Assembly: GCA_002269645.1 (NCBI GenBank)
Contig: NIVC01000884.1
Span: 248,001-312,000, forward strand
Origin: Macrostomum lignano
Lineage: Eukaryota
DNA: 64,000 bases
Direction: 5' to 3'
The translations under genes and the position numbers were made by a program. Below, piece by piece: positions 1 through 19,921 of the stretch (positions are counted from its first letter, which is position 1; every line of letters starts with the position of its first letter). The notes beneath the pieces are model-generated. The model ran no database searches, was not told the origin of the DNA, and saw nothing but the letters and a program-made list of their open reading frames with translations.

Positions 1-1221
1 TGTCTCTCGTGTCTAGATCCCCCTGGTGTCTATCGTGTCTAGATCCCCCTGGTGTCTCTCGTATCTAGATTCCTCTGTGTCTCTCGTGTCTAGATCCCCC
101 TGGTGTCTCTCGTGTCTAGATCCCCCTGGTGTCTATAGTGTCTAGATCCGCCTGGTGTCTCTCGTGTCTAGATCCCCCTGGTGTCTATCGTGTCTAGATC
201 CCCCTGGTGTCTATAGTGTCTAGATCCGCCTGGTGTCTCTCGTGTCTAGATCCCCCTGGTGTCTCTCGTGTCTAGATACCCCTGGTGTCTCTCGTGTCTA
301 GATCCCCCTGGTGTCTCTCGTGTCTAGATCCCCCTGGTGTCTCTCGTGTCTAGATCCCCTGGTGTCTCTCGTGTCTAGATCCCCCTGGTGTCTCTCGTGT
401 CTAGATCCCCCTGGTGTCTCTCGTGTCTAGATCCCCCTGGTGTCTATCGTGTCTAAATCCCCCTGGTGTCTATAGTGTCTAGATCCGCCTGGTGTCTCTC
501 GTGTCTAGATCCCCCTGGTGTCTCTCGTGTCTAGATACCCCTGGTGTCTCTCGTGTCTAGATCCCCTGGTGTCTCTCGTGTCTAGATCCCCCTGGTGTCT
601 CTCGTGTCTAGATCCCCCTGGTGTCTCTCGTGTCTAGATCCCCCTGGTGTCTCTCGTGTCTAGATCCCCCTGGTGTCTCTCGTGTCTAGATCCCCCTGGT
701 GTCTATCGTGTCTAAATCCCCCTGGTGTCTATAGTGTCTAGATCCGCCTGGTGTCTCTCGTGTCTAGATCCCCCTGGTGTCTCTCGTGTCTAGATACCCC
801 TGGTGTCTCTCGTGTCTAGATCCCCCTGGTGTCTCTCGTGTCTAGATCCCCCTGGTGTCTCTCGTGTCTAGATCCCCCTGGTGTCTCTCGTGTCTAGATC
901 CCCCTGGTGTCTCTCGTGTCTAGATCCCCCTGGTGTCTCTCGTGTCTAGATCCCCCTGGTGTCTCTCGTGTCTAGATCCCCCTGGTGTCTATCGTGTCTA
1001 AATCCCCCTGGTGTCTATAGTGTCTAGATCCGCCTGGTGTCTCTCGTGTCTAGATCCCCCTGGTGTCTCTCGTGTCTAGATACCCCTGGTGTCTCTCGTG
1101 TCTAGATCCCCCTGGTGTCTCTCGTGTCTAGATCCCCCTGGTGTCTCTCGTGTCTAGATCCCCCTGGTGTCTCTCGTGTCTAGATCCCCCTGGTGTCTCT
1201 CGTGTCTAGATCCCTCTGTCT
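1..1221. repeat. 26-bp minisatellite (TGTCTCTCGTGTCTAGATCCCCCTGG)n, cut by the window edge
   Basis: Directly visible tandem units of 25-26 bp with recurring variants. Confidence 0.97.
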
Positions 1222-1295
1222 CTCATACCCACTAGCACTAACTAGCGCCACTCTTACCTGTTAATTGTCTGCACTATTAACCAACGCGCTTTCAG

Positions 1296-2882
1296 CATAG
1301 CAACGCTGGCCACCCTGACCTCGGCGTTAGTCGCTTTGCTATTCATTCCGAAGGTATACTGGCGTTAAAGTACACCTGTATGCCATTTTTAATACACTAA
1401 ACTCTTGCTGCTACTTAAGTTTTTTAACAGCCCACTAATCCTTTACTAAATTTTACTGAATGTCTTTTTTAACATCCTAAAAAGGCTTCTAACTCAAATT
1501 GTCGGGCACAGTGCCAAAGTTTTGTGAGTATATTTAATACCATTATGATAATTAATAATTTAAAGATTTTCTAAGATATTAATGGAGTAGTTCTGTGGTA
1601 TTAAAAAACTGATTGTATTCCTAATTATGTTAACACTAATAATTTTATTACTATGCAAATTCAATGCATCAGCAGAGTCACTCGCAGCGGCAACAGAAAA
1701 GCTGGGATATTGATGAAGCTGCCAGTTCAGAGTCTGGCATAATTTATGGCCGAGGCAACTCTATTGACGAGGAGCCCGTGCTGTTGCACTGTTAAGAAAG
1801 CATAAATTAGTGCGACTATTTGCATTTCACCTACTAACAGTAGTTTGCATCAGTAAGGCGCGTTTAGCGAAAAATTTCCCGAATTGCTAATTTATAATCT
1901 CAATGCATTTGTTGATGAATTTAGAATTTTTCTTAGCAGAAATTCGGCAGTTTAAATTGCACAGATTGGGCCAAAGTTTGCGGTTGCGTGAAAAGTACAA
2001 AGTACAAAATTTCTAACATATGATTGAATTGCTTGAATATCTACATGTAATTAGCTGTACATTTGAGAATAGCTACCTAATAAACTACCTTAAAAATCGG
2101 CCTTAAACCACCTTAGAAAAGCGCCCTAAACTACCCTAGAAAATCGTCATAAACTCGTCCCTAACGCATGTACCCTAGGGAATCGCCCTAAACTACCCTA
2201 GAAATCGCCCTAAACTACCCTAGAAATCGCCCTAAACTACCCTAGGGAATCGCCCTAAACTACCCTAGAAAATTACGCCCGCAGTCTCTTAGCGCGCCAT
2301 CTCAAACAAGCGCCTTACAAAACCCGCTTGCCTCCCAAAATGCTCATTTGAACTCAGCAAGAAACAAGCCAAAATAAAAATTCATCATAAATTTAAAATT
2401 CCAGCACCCACTTCAGCTTGATGAAAGACCGACAGAAATTCGAGCTTAAAATGCGTTTTGCTACTTTAAGTAATAGTTAAATCAGTAATCTACCAGAGAT
2501 CTTATTGAAATTATCGCTTTTGAAGCAAAAAATTATGAAATACTAATAACCAGATTTTATACACAACTTTTTAATTATTTAAATGCTATCCAATAAGCGA
2601 AATAAGTTTGACACATAATTTAAACAAAATTAACAGGAGCAGACGGAAGCCGTTGCCATGACAACAACCTCGGCGACGGCTGCTGGTCTGCCAACCGGGC
2701 CTCAAAACGGCTCGAGACAGGTCACGCGGCATCAGGGCTCTGAGCTGGACCGGGTGCACTTTTCCGGCAGCGATAACTACTATTATTGGCAGCAGGGCGG
2801 CCTGCATCGAGGCGAGTTCGACCAACACCAGCGTCAGCGGTCGGGCTACTTGAACCGGGCATTTGATCATCGGGGTGTCTGA
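1296..2882 (+). CDS. Candidate 3' exons of an upstream membrane-protein gene, possibly a class C GPCR: exon 1296-1353 and alternative terminal exons 1673-1795 and 2637-2882
   Basis: TTTCAG|1296-1353|GTATAC reads IATLATLTSALVALLFIPK, resembling the TM7 end of class C GPCRs (L.FxPK). Two downstream AG-preceded, phase-0 open segments follow: QSHSQRQQ...VLLHC* and EQTEAVAM...GYLNRAFDHRGV*. The donor is weak and the rest of the gene is outside the window. Confidence 0.35.
2141..2270. repeat. Short 22-bp tandem repeat (AAACTACCCTAGAAATCGCCCT), about 5 degenerate copies
   Basis: Visible repeated units. Confidence 0.75.
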
Positions 2883-2983
2883 CTGGGAGTGTTGCTTTGC
2901 CAACTGGATTAGATAGATCTATTGATAGATAATTTATTGTCTACTGGGTCCTTGTTAGGTTTATGTATGTGTTTGTATGTAGG

Positions 2984-3310
2984 TAGATTGATTGATTGAT
3001 TTATTTATTTATTGATCGACAGGTAGATTGATTGATTGATTGATATATTGGCAGGTAGATTGATTGATTTATTGATCGACAGGTAGATTGATTGATTTAT
3101 TGATCGACAGGTAGATTGATTGATTTATAGGCTAGGCTGGTAGATTGATTGATTTATTGATTGGCAGGTAGATCGATTTATTGATTGGCAGGTAGATCGA
3201 TTTATTGATTGGCAGGTAAATCGATTACTTGATTGATTGGTTGATTGGCAGGTAGATTATTTTATTTGCAGGTAGTTTGGTTGATTTATTGGCAGGTTAA
3301 TTGATTGTCA
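2984..3310. repeat. Degenerate (GATT)n repeat with GGCAGGTA interruptions
   Basis: Visible periodicity. Confidence 0.8.
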
Positions 3311-3435
3311 GCTATTTGTAGATTATACAAACAAAAAGATTGCAAAGATTTCCCTGACACTTAACTATAGACATCCTGACTCTATAGATAATAGATTGAC
3401 ACGACACAGGAAATATGCGGGTTATTATTTGAAAA

Positions 3436-3475
<40 letters not shown>

Positions 3476-4684
3476 ATAGCACCAGCTGTTAAGGTTTACA
3501 ATGGGTTAATAGATCTATCTCTGATTCTGCTGGCTAATGCAAGTTGCGATTGATTTTAGCGAAGAGAAATCTTTCTACCAATGCCGGTGGCATTTTAATT
3601 GACGGTATAAATATTTTATTTTTTATTCATAACATTATTTCCAATGCTATCGTCCGATGAAGTCTTCGTATTCTCGGGCATAATGTGACATAACAGAGTC
3701 GTATAGCCATATTAATCCGACTCCATTCCAAGAGATTAAACAAACTTTTTTCTTAGAAAGCAACCGGCCGCATCATCAGTTTTATCACTGTCGACTTTTT
3801 CTTGTGACAGTGAACCGATTTTTTAACATCCCTAATTAAACAGAAAAAAACTCACTTTTTATTAACTGCTCGCACTAATTTTTTTAACTAGTAAATCGGT
3901 AAATACTACTACTTTTTGTTGCGCTACATGAGTAGTGCAGATTGAACATTTTCGGAATTTATTGCCTAATTAGTTTATTTTATTGCCAAAGCAGCACGTG
4001 TTAAGTTTTTTTATAAATGCGGGTCGCGGCAAGCCCTGTCCCTGATTTTAGTTACCTGTGATACGATTTTGCTAAATCATATTTGGTTCCGAAAATTTCT
4101 ACCTGTGTCTGCATATAATGTATACTTGTTTTTATTTAGTTAGCAGAATTTTCTAACACACTACTTCTTTAATCACAGGTCCATGAAATGTTTGTTTGTT
4201 TGTTTATTTATACAAAAATCTGTTGATAATCAGATCAATCTGCAGTGCTCTTCTAACCAATCCTTTGCGGGCATTCCATTTCACCTTTATTTATTTATTT
4301 ATTTATGTATGATATTTTGTCTTTAAGCGCTTCTGCAGATATCCACCCCTGCTTTTAACCTTCGTGCGGTTGCTTTATCATTTCTGTGATCCAAATTGGG
4401 CATTAATTCTATATGTATTGCCTGCTTAGTTGATATAAATTTTTTGTCTAGTTTACCTGTTTGGTGTCAAGATTTATTAATTATTGGTTTATTACTTCCT
4501 TATCAAGGTTACTATAATTATCGTGTTTTTATTTAGAAGTGCTCAAATTCCGTCTCAATTATCACTGAGTCACTGGCTGTGTCTGTTGGATTTTATCGAT
4601 TTGTAGCTGCTAGTGTATTTAGCCCCCTTCTGTAGCTGTGATGTGTTTTATTAAATCAATAAGTTTTATAGGATAATGTACACA

Positions 4685-4854
4685 CCGCGGCCGGAAAATC
4701 CGTGGAAATTCCTTCATTTAAGCTATGTACTCTAGCTAGAGAACCGTGGCATTTCCGCGGTTTTTCCTTGCGGCATGGTTCTCAATGCAATCAATCACTT
4801 TGTAGGCGCCCGTTCAACCCCTGGCCCACGGAATTTCCACGGATTTTCCTGCGG
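4685..4854. mobile_element. MITE-like element bounded by a 20-bp perfect inverted repeat
   Basis: GGAAAATCCGTGGAAATTCC (4693-4712) is the reverse complement of GGAATTTCCACGGATTTTCC (4830-4849). A degenerate internal copy lies near 4748-4767. No clear target-site duplication (TSD). Confidence 0.45.
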
Positions 4855-5262
4855 CAGGGAGCACATTGCCCACCCAGAGATGAACATAGTTATTAGCTAT
4901 TTGTGATATCTGGTCGTTGTGCGTGAATATATGCATCCAAGTATCTATGTAACTTACAATAATATTCTTTTACTATTCATTAGTTAAAGCGTATACTAAC
5001 CTTTAACTGTAAATATTGATTACATATCGTTAATAATAAATTTTCTAAATCCTTAAAAACTATTTTTGTCCGTTTTAAAGTTTTACGAACAGTTGCTTTC
5101 CTGTGTCAGGACTCAATTTTATTGCTTTTGCTGCTCATTAATTTCAGTTATTTAAAAATTATTTACAGAATTCTCAAAAATTAAAAATTGCAGCTTTTCG
5201 ACTGGGTCGAAATTTAGGGTCAAATCTCTAGATATCCATACAGTCATGAAGTAAATATCTTC

Positions 5263-5734
5263 ACAGTTACTGACCTAAATCTCTAGACAGTTACTGACCT
5301 AAATCTCTAGACAGTTACTGACCTAAACATCTAGACAGTTACTGACCTAAATCTCTAGACAGTTACTGACCTAAACATCTAGACAGTTACTGACCTAAAT
5401 CTCTAGACAGTTACTGACCTAAATCTCTAGACAGTTACTGACCTAAATCTCTAGACAGTTACTGACCTAAATCTCTAGACAGTTACTGACCTAAATCTCT
5501 AGACAGTTACTGACCTAAATCTCTAGACAGTTACTGACCTAAATCTCTAGACAGTTACTGACCTAAATCTCTAGACACTTACATGACCTGAATATCTAGA
5601 CAGTTACTGACCTAAATCTCTAGACACTTACATGACCTGAATATCTAGACAGTTACTGACCTAAATCTCTAGACAGTTACTGACCTAAATCTCTAGACAG
5701 TTACTGACCTAAATCTCTAGACAGTTACTGACCT
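5263..5734. repeat. 24-bp minisatellite (ACAGTTACTGACCTAAATCTCTAG)n, about 19 copies
   Basis: Visible tandem units. Confidence 0.97.
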
Positions 5735-6310
5735 CAGCCCGCGGCACTTAGGGTTCTAATCCAGAACCTCAGGATGTTATGAATGCATAAATTCAATTAG
5801 AATGAAGACCCTCCGTCTATCAAGCCTTGCAAGTCAGTTATTGCTTTTAGTGCGCCAAGTGGTAAATTTAACATTCTGTATCCAAAATTGTCATAAATTT
5901 CTTAATTCTTGGATTGCGGGTTGATTCTAATTGCGGGCTTATAAAGTTTACAAATTTATCTTTGGAAATGATTAAATATTTTGAGCATTAATTGCGGCTA
6001 AATATTGTATCACTGACTGATCAGTATTGCCCTGCTGTGGATCTACTTTATAGTTCACTTCGCTGGTGCATGCACATAGCTTTACAATCCATTCGCAAAT
6101 GGTTTAACACCGGAAGCAGCCCGAGTGAAGGAAGATCTGCGTTCGATCGCTGCGCATATGCATGCTTCTGTCTGCAGACTCTCAGCTTCATTATCGCAGC
6201 TTGCCATCAGTTTGGCATCAGGCTCTGATAAATACAGTTGGAAAGTCTCAGTTCTTGCGGCTTATTCTGCTGCGTTTCAGTTTAGCAGCGAATTTCCGGC
6301 AGACTGCAGG

Positions 6311-14632
<8,322 letters not shown>

Positions 14633-16420
14633 ATAAAGATTGTGGATTAATATATTTAAAGTATATACATGTAAATCTGAATTGCCTAAAAACATAACAA
14701 ACTTTTTGTCTTAGCGTCAGAGAGCTATAGAATCGTTCTAGTATTCAAGGTGCTACTGCTAGAAATCTACCTTATTCAATTACTTGCAAATCATATTACT
14801 TAATAAAAAAGTCTTACTGGCGGCAGCGCATTGAAAAGAGCTTTTTCGTCATAATTTTTTAAGTATATGCTTCAATTTTCCCATCAGTTAAAGACATTTT
14901 ATATCTGTGGCTTACGATTACAATAAAAAATACTTACAGCTAGCTAATAATAATAGCAGTGGAAGTTTACATGTGAAAAATGTGAATGTGAAATAGTTAT
15001 TATACAATTAATCTGTCCTTATTTGCACGATTTTCTAAAAGCCTATTTCTTTTACACGTATATGCATAGTATCCGAAAACGTAAGTGCTTTTTACATGTT
15101 GCGTATTTTGATTGCATAATCGATTCATTATTATAAAATACAATTTCATTCAAAAAATATTTATGTATCAATACAAACTCATCTAAATCATAAAAAAATC
15201 TAATATTTGACTGAAATCATTTAAAATTATCTGATCCTGTCAAAAGTTTAGTTTTAATAGCATAAACAGTTTAAAAATCAGTATATTTGCGCATATATTT
15301 TGTTTATGGTAAAACAATCATCGATATCAATTACAGGAACTGTCGTGCATGCTTAAATATAAGTATAAATAATTTAGGTGCAATAAGTCCCAATGTCAAG
15401 GGAGTTGTTGGAAGTTGGCTTGTTAAAGCACACAAATGTTGCAAACTGGTAGAATACAAAGTTTTTAGTATCACAGATTTTACAGTGAAGTTAAATAAGC
15501 ACCATAACTAGGTTTTATTCCTTTTGACACAGACATTGCTAAATAGTCTCACTGTTAAAGTCAAAATAACAGTTCAAGTTTGATTAAATGTAGTTTACAG
15601 ATTGAAATTTCGCTGCTTATTTTACAGTTTGAAAGTCATCTTGTGTCCTGGGCCTAGTAAAACTGAACGTTTCATAAAATCTAAAGGTGCAGAAACTGTT
15701 TTAGCATTTGGATCTTCATCTTTTAATTTTTCGAGAATAATCGCCCTAAAATAATTATACAAAAGTCGTTGCAAAGTATTGAAATTAAAAATTGAATGTC
15801 AAATACGCGGACACAATGCATAGAAATAAAAAAATAACTCAAAATAAATGGTGCGTTTAGGTAGCTTAAGACAAGCTTAGAATGATTAAAAAGGTACATG
15901 ATCTAATGTTTGCATCAGTAAAACATTTTTACTACGGTTAAGCACGATAACCGGTAACAACAGTTTATCAATGTTCATAAAGTTTAATTGTTTGTAGTTA
16001 GTAGTACAGAATATTATAATATATGAATTGTGAATATAGATTTATAATTAAGAATTGTATATTGCGTAATGTACATGTATTTTTACGTTTTGATTACGTA
16101 ATATCCACTTTAAGATAGTTTAACTCCTTACTCTATTATTAAGTTCATCCTCATCCTTTATGTAAAATACATTTAACTAAGGTTGGAAATTTTTTCTACC
16201 TTTTTATTATGCATAATTGTTTTAATGGTGCAACTGAATTAAATTTGTTTTACTGACAGAAGTTAGATTGTAAATTTAAATATGCTAAGTAATTTAAGCT
16301 ACTCGAACGCACCCTAAAAATTAAAATATAGTTTTTCGTCTGAGTTAGAAAAAAACTGCACTCTACAGCCACTTACATGTAATTCAGATTATCTTTATAC
16401 GGCAAACATTTAGCCGCGAT

Positions 16421-19400
16421 TTAGCCTCTGCGCTTGACAGATGGCGGCAGCTCTTTGTTGACAGCTCGCAACAGATTCGGCAAATCGGTTGCCACTTTGA
16501 GCGTTCCAATTATCTGACCGTTCGATACCACTGAAATAAAACAATTTTGATTTATCGCGTCAATTCATAGAATGCATGTACGAACGTATAGCCACTACCC
16601 TTTTTAATGGTATTGACTTGTAGGTTAGGGTTAAGGCCTCTAGTGTAGGATTAGGGTTTATCTTAAGGTTAGAGTTTAGATTTAGGTTAGTGCTTAAATT
16701 TTCATAGAGCTGATCGGCTCTTAGCCAAGCGTACATTGATGACTCATCCAGCTCCAAAATATCATGCATGAATGACTCATCGTTAAATGTACAATGATTC
16801 ATCTCATAACGTACATCAGTGACTAATCTTCCCTTATGCACACTGACTCATGCACCATTATACACTCTTACCGTTGAGAGTCTCTTCAGCGGGCCTCCGA
16901 CTGTCATTAAATTTATCCAGAGGCAGCTGGGCCTTGGCCAAATCGAAGAAAAAGTCGCTCCCGTCCAGCGCCTCGCAGACGACGCTGAACTCTAAGGCGG
17001 GCTGGTCGCCAAGCAGCATAACTGAGGCCAGCTGGCGTCGCTTATCGTAGTTTTTGTCGAAGTTGTAGTCGTAGGGCTGTTTGTTGCGTTTTGTATACAT
17101 TTTAGAACGGGTGTATATTTTCCCTTATCACCTGCACCCAGCCCCTTATCACCTGCACCCAGCCCCTTATCACCTGCACCCAGCCACTTATCACCTGCAC
17201 CCAGCCACTTATCACCTGAACCCAGCCCCTTATCACCTGCACCCAGCCACTTATCACCTGAACCCAGCCCCTTATCACCTGCACTCAGCCCCTTATCACC
17301 TGCACCCAGCCCCTTATCACCTGCACCCAGCCCCTTATCACCTGCACCCAGCCCCTTATCACCTGCACCCAGCCCCTTATCACCTGCACTCAGCCCCTTA
17401 TCACCTGCACCCAGCCCCTTATCACCTGCACCCAGCCCCTTATCACCTGCACCCAGCCCCTTATCACCTGCACCCAGCCCCTTATCACCTGCACCCAGCC
17501 CCTTATCACCTGCACCCAGCCCCTTATCACCTGCACCCAGCCCCTTATCACCTGCACCCAGCCCCTTATCACCTGCACCCAGCCCCTTATCACCTGCACC
17601 CAGCCCCTTATCACCTGCACCCAGCCCCTTATCACCTGCACCCAGCCCCAAAAATTGTCGCGCTTACCCTCTTGAAGTTGTACCGCAGCGTGAACTCGGC
17701 ATCCCTAGAAGCGCCCGGCCTTGGCGTCTTGATGGACAGCGGCGTCTCCGTGTCCTCGCAGTCGTAGCCGGGCAGGCTGAAGGCCACGAAGCAGGCGGTC
17801 TCGTCCAGATCGTCGTTGGCCAGAGCGTCGGAGTTAGGATCCAGGTAGAGCTCGAGCACCTGCACGTAGCACCGGCTTACGATTGCAGGAGCCGCGGGCG
17901 CTGTCTGCAGCCGAAGCTTCGTCGACGGCTTGTCCACCACAACGACCACGGCGGAGTCCGCGTCGGACTCGGAAGCCACCTCTTCGCCACCGTCGCCGTC
18001 CTCGGTCCTCCGATCTTCGACGTCGGTTTCTTCTTTGTCGACTTCGGCTGTTGTGGATGCTACCGCCGTCGACGCAGCGGCAACTGTGGCCGCTGTCAGC
18101 TTCGTCATCTGCTGCTCCACTGGCGGCTTAACAACGGCCTCATCATCCGGCTGCAGCTTCTTCTTTCGCGGCTCCGGTTGGGGCTGGTCGTCTCGCCCCC
18201 GCTGCTGCGGCTTGCCGTAGCATGGGTCCTCGTATGGCGGCGGCGGCGGCAGGGAGGATTCTGAAAATTGGAGAGCGATGGTGAATGCTGGTAAGTGAGT
18301 GTGTGAATGTGGTAATGGGTTGTGTGAATGTGTGTTAATTGTTTGTGTGAATGCGTGTTGATGGGTTGTGTGAATGTGTGTTAATTGTTTGTGTGAATGC
18401 GTGTTAATGAGTTGTGTGAACGTGTGTAAATGGGTTGTGTGAATGTGTGTTAATGGGTTGTGTGAATGTGTGTGGGTTGTGTGAATGCGTGTTAATGGGT
18501 TGTGTGAATGTGTGTTAATTGTTTGTGTGAATGCGTGTCAATGGGTTGTGTGAATGTGTCGTAAATATTGCGTGTACACGGGAAAAAGTGAGAGTCCTTA
18601 GCACTTGTGTTTAAATTCCAGGAGAATATTTGTGTGATTGTCAGAAGAATAATTTTTTGAATGCCGAGAGAACAATTGTGTGATTGCCAGGAGAATATTT
18701 GTGTAAATACCGGGAGCATATTTGTGTGAATTCTGGGAGAGTATGTGTGAATGTCGGGAGCATATTTGTGTGAATGGCAGGAGGATATTTGTGTGAATGC
18801 TGGGAGAGTATGCGTGAATGCCGGGAGCATATTTGTGTGAATGTCGGGAGCATATTTGTGTGAATTCTGGGAGAGTATGTGTGAATGTCGGGAGCATATT
18901 TGTGTGAATTCTGGGAGAGTATGTGTGAATGTCGGGAGCATATTTGTGTGAATTCTGGGAGAGTATGTGTGAATGCCGGGAGCATATTTGTGTGAATGCC
19001 GGGATCGCAGTAAAAATCGGACCAACCGCCATTCCGCGCGCCGCCAGCGCCCAGGTCCGTCAGCTTGGTGTCCACCACCAGTTTGATGCTGTCCTTGGTG
19101 TACAGGGGGATGCCGGACTCGCGAGGCTTCACTTTGATTGGCTCCGGCTGCGATGAGAGTGGCGGGCGGAGAGTGCAGATGAGTCATTAGCAAAAGAAAA
19201 GAATGCTGTATTTGTTATAATAGTTAGCAAATTGAGCAAAATTCAAGCAACGTTTGATTGTTAAAATTTGAGTAGTTATAACGATGTTATAGATTGAATC
19301 AAATTGCAAGTCAGTGTGTAGATTAGCAATCCATGATGTTTAAATGATTCAATTATGCAGGCGGGGTTAGGCCATGGTTAAGCTGCCTCTGTTGCTGGGC

Positions 19401-19822
19401 TTCAAGGATCCCGGATTTGGCCCTCACCACCACGCTGTGCACGCTCTCATTGTCGCTGCTCTGCGAAACCTCGAAGTCCGCCAGCGGGCGGTCTGGCGGG
19501 GCGTCCAGGCGGGTGGCCATCGAACTGACAACCTGGGCGGAGCTCGGCCGCTCCTGGCTGGCGCTGCGCTTCTCGCGGTAGGCGGACTCGGCAACGCCTT
19601 GGATTTGCTGGGAGCAATTGATTGAATGATTGATTGAATGATTGATTGATTGATTGATTAATTGATTGATTAATTGAATGATTGATTGTCTGATTGATTG
19701 ATTGATTGATCGATTCATTGATTGTCTGATTGATTGATTGATTGATCGATTGATTGATTGATTGATTGATTGATTGTCTGATTGACTGATTGATTGATTG
19801 ATTGATCGATTGATTGATTGGC

Positions 19823-19865
<43 letters not shown>

Positions 19866-19890
19866 CTGACTGACTGATTGATTGACTGAC

Positions 19891-19921
<31 letters not shown>

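Noticed and set aside
16560-16841. 93-aa minus-strand ORF with TTAGGG-like degenerate runs
   Set aside because: It lies inside the last RPGRIP1L intron, is AT-rich and has no protein motif; it is probably a repeat remnant.
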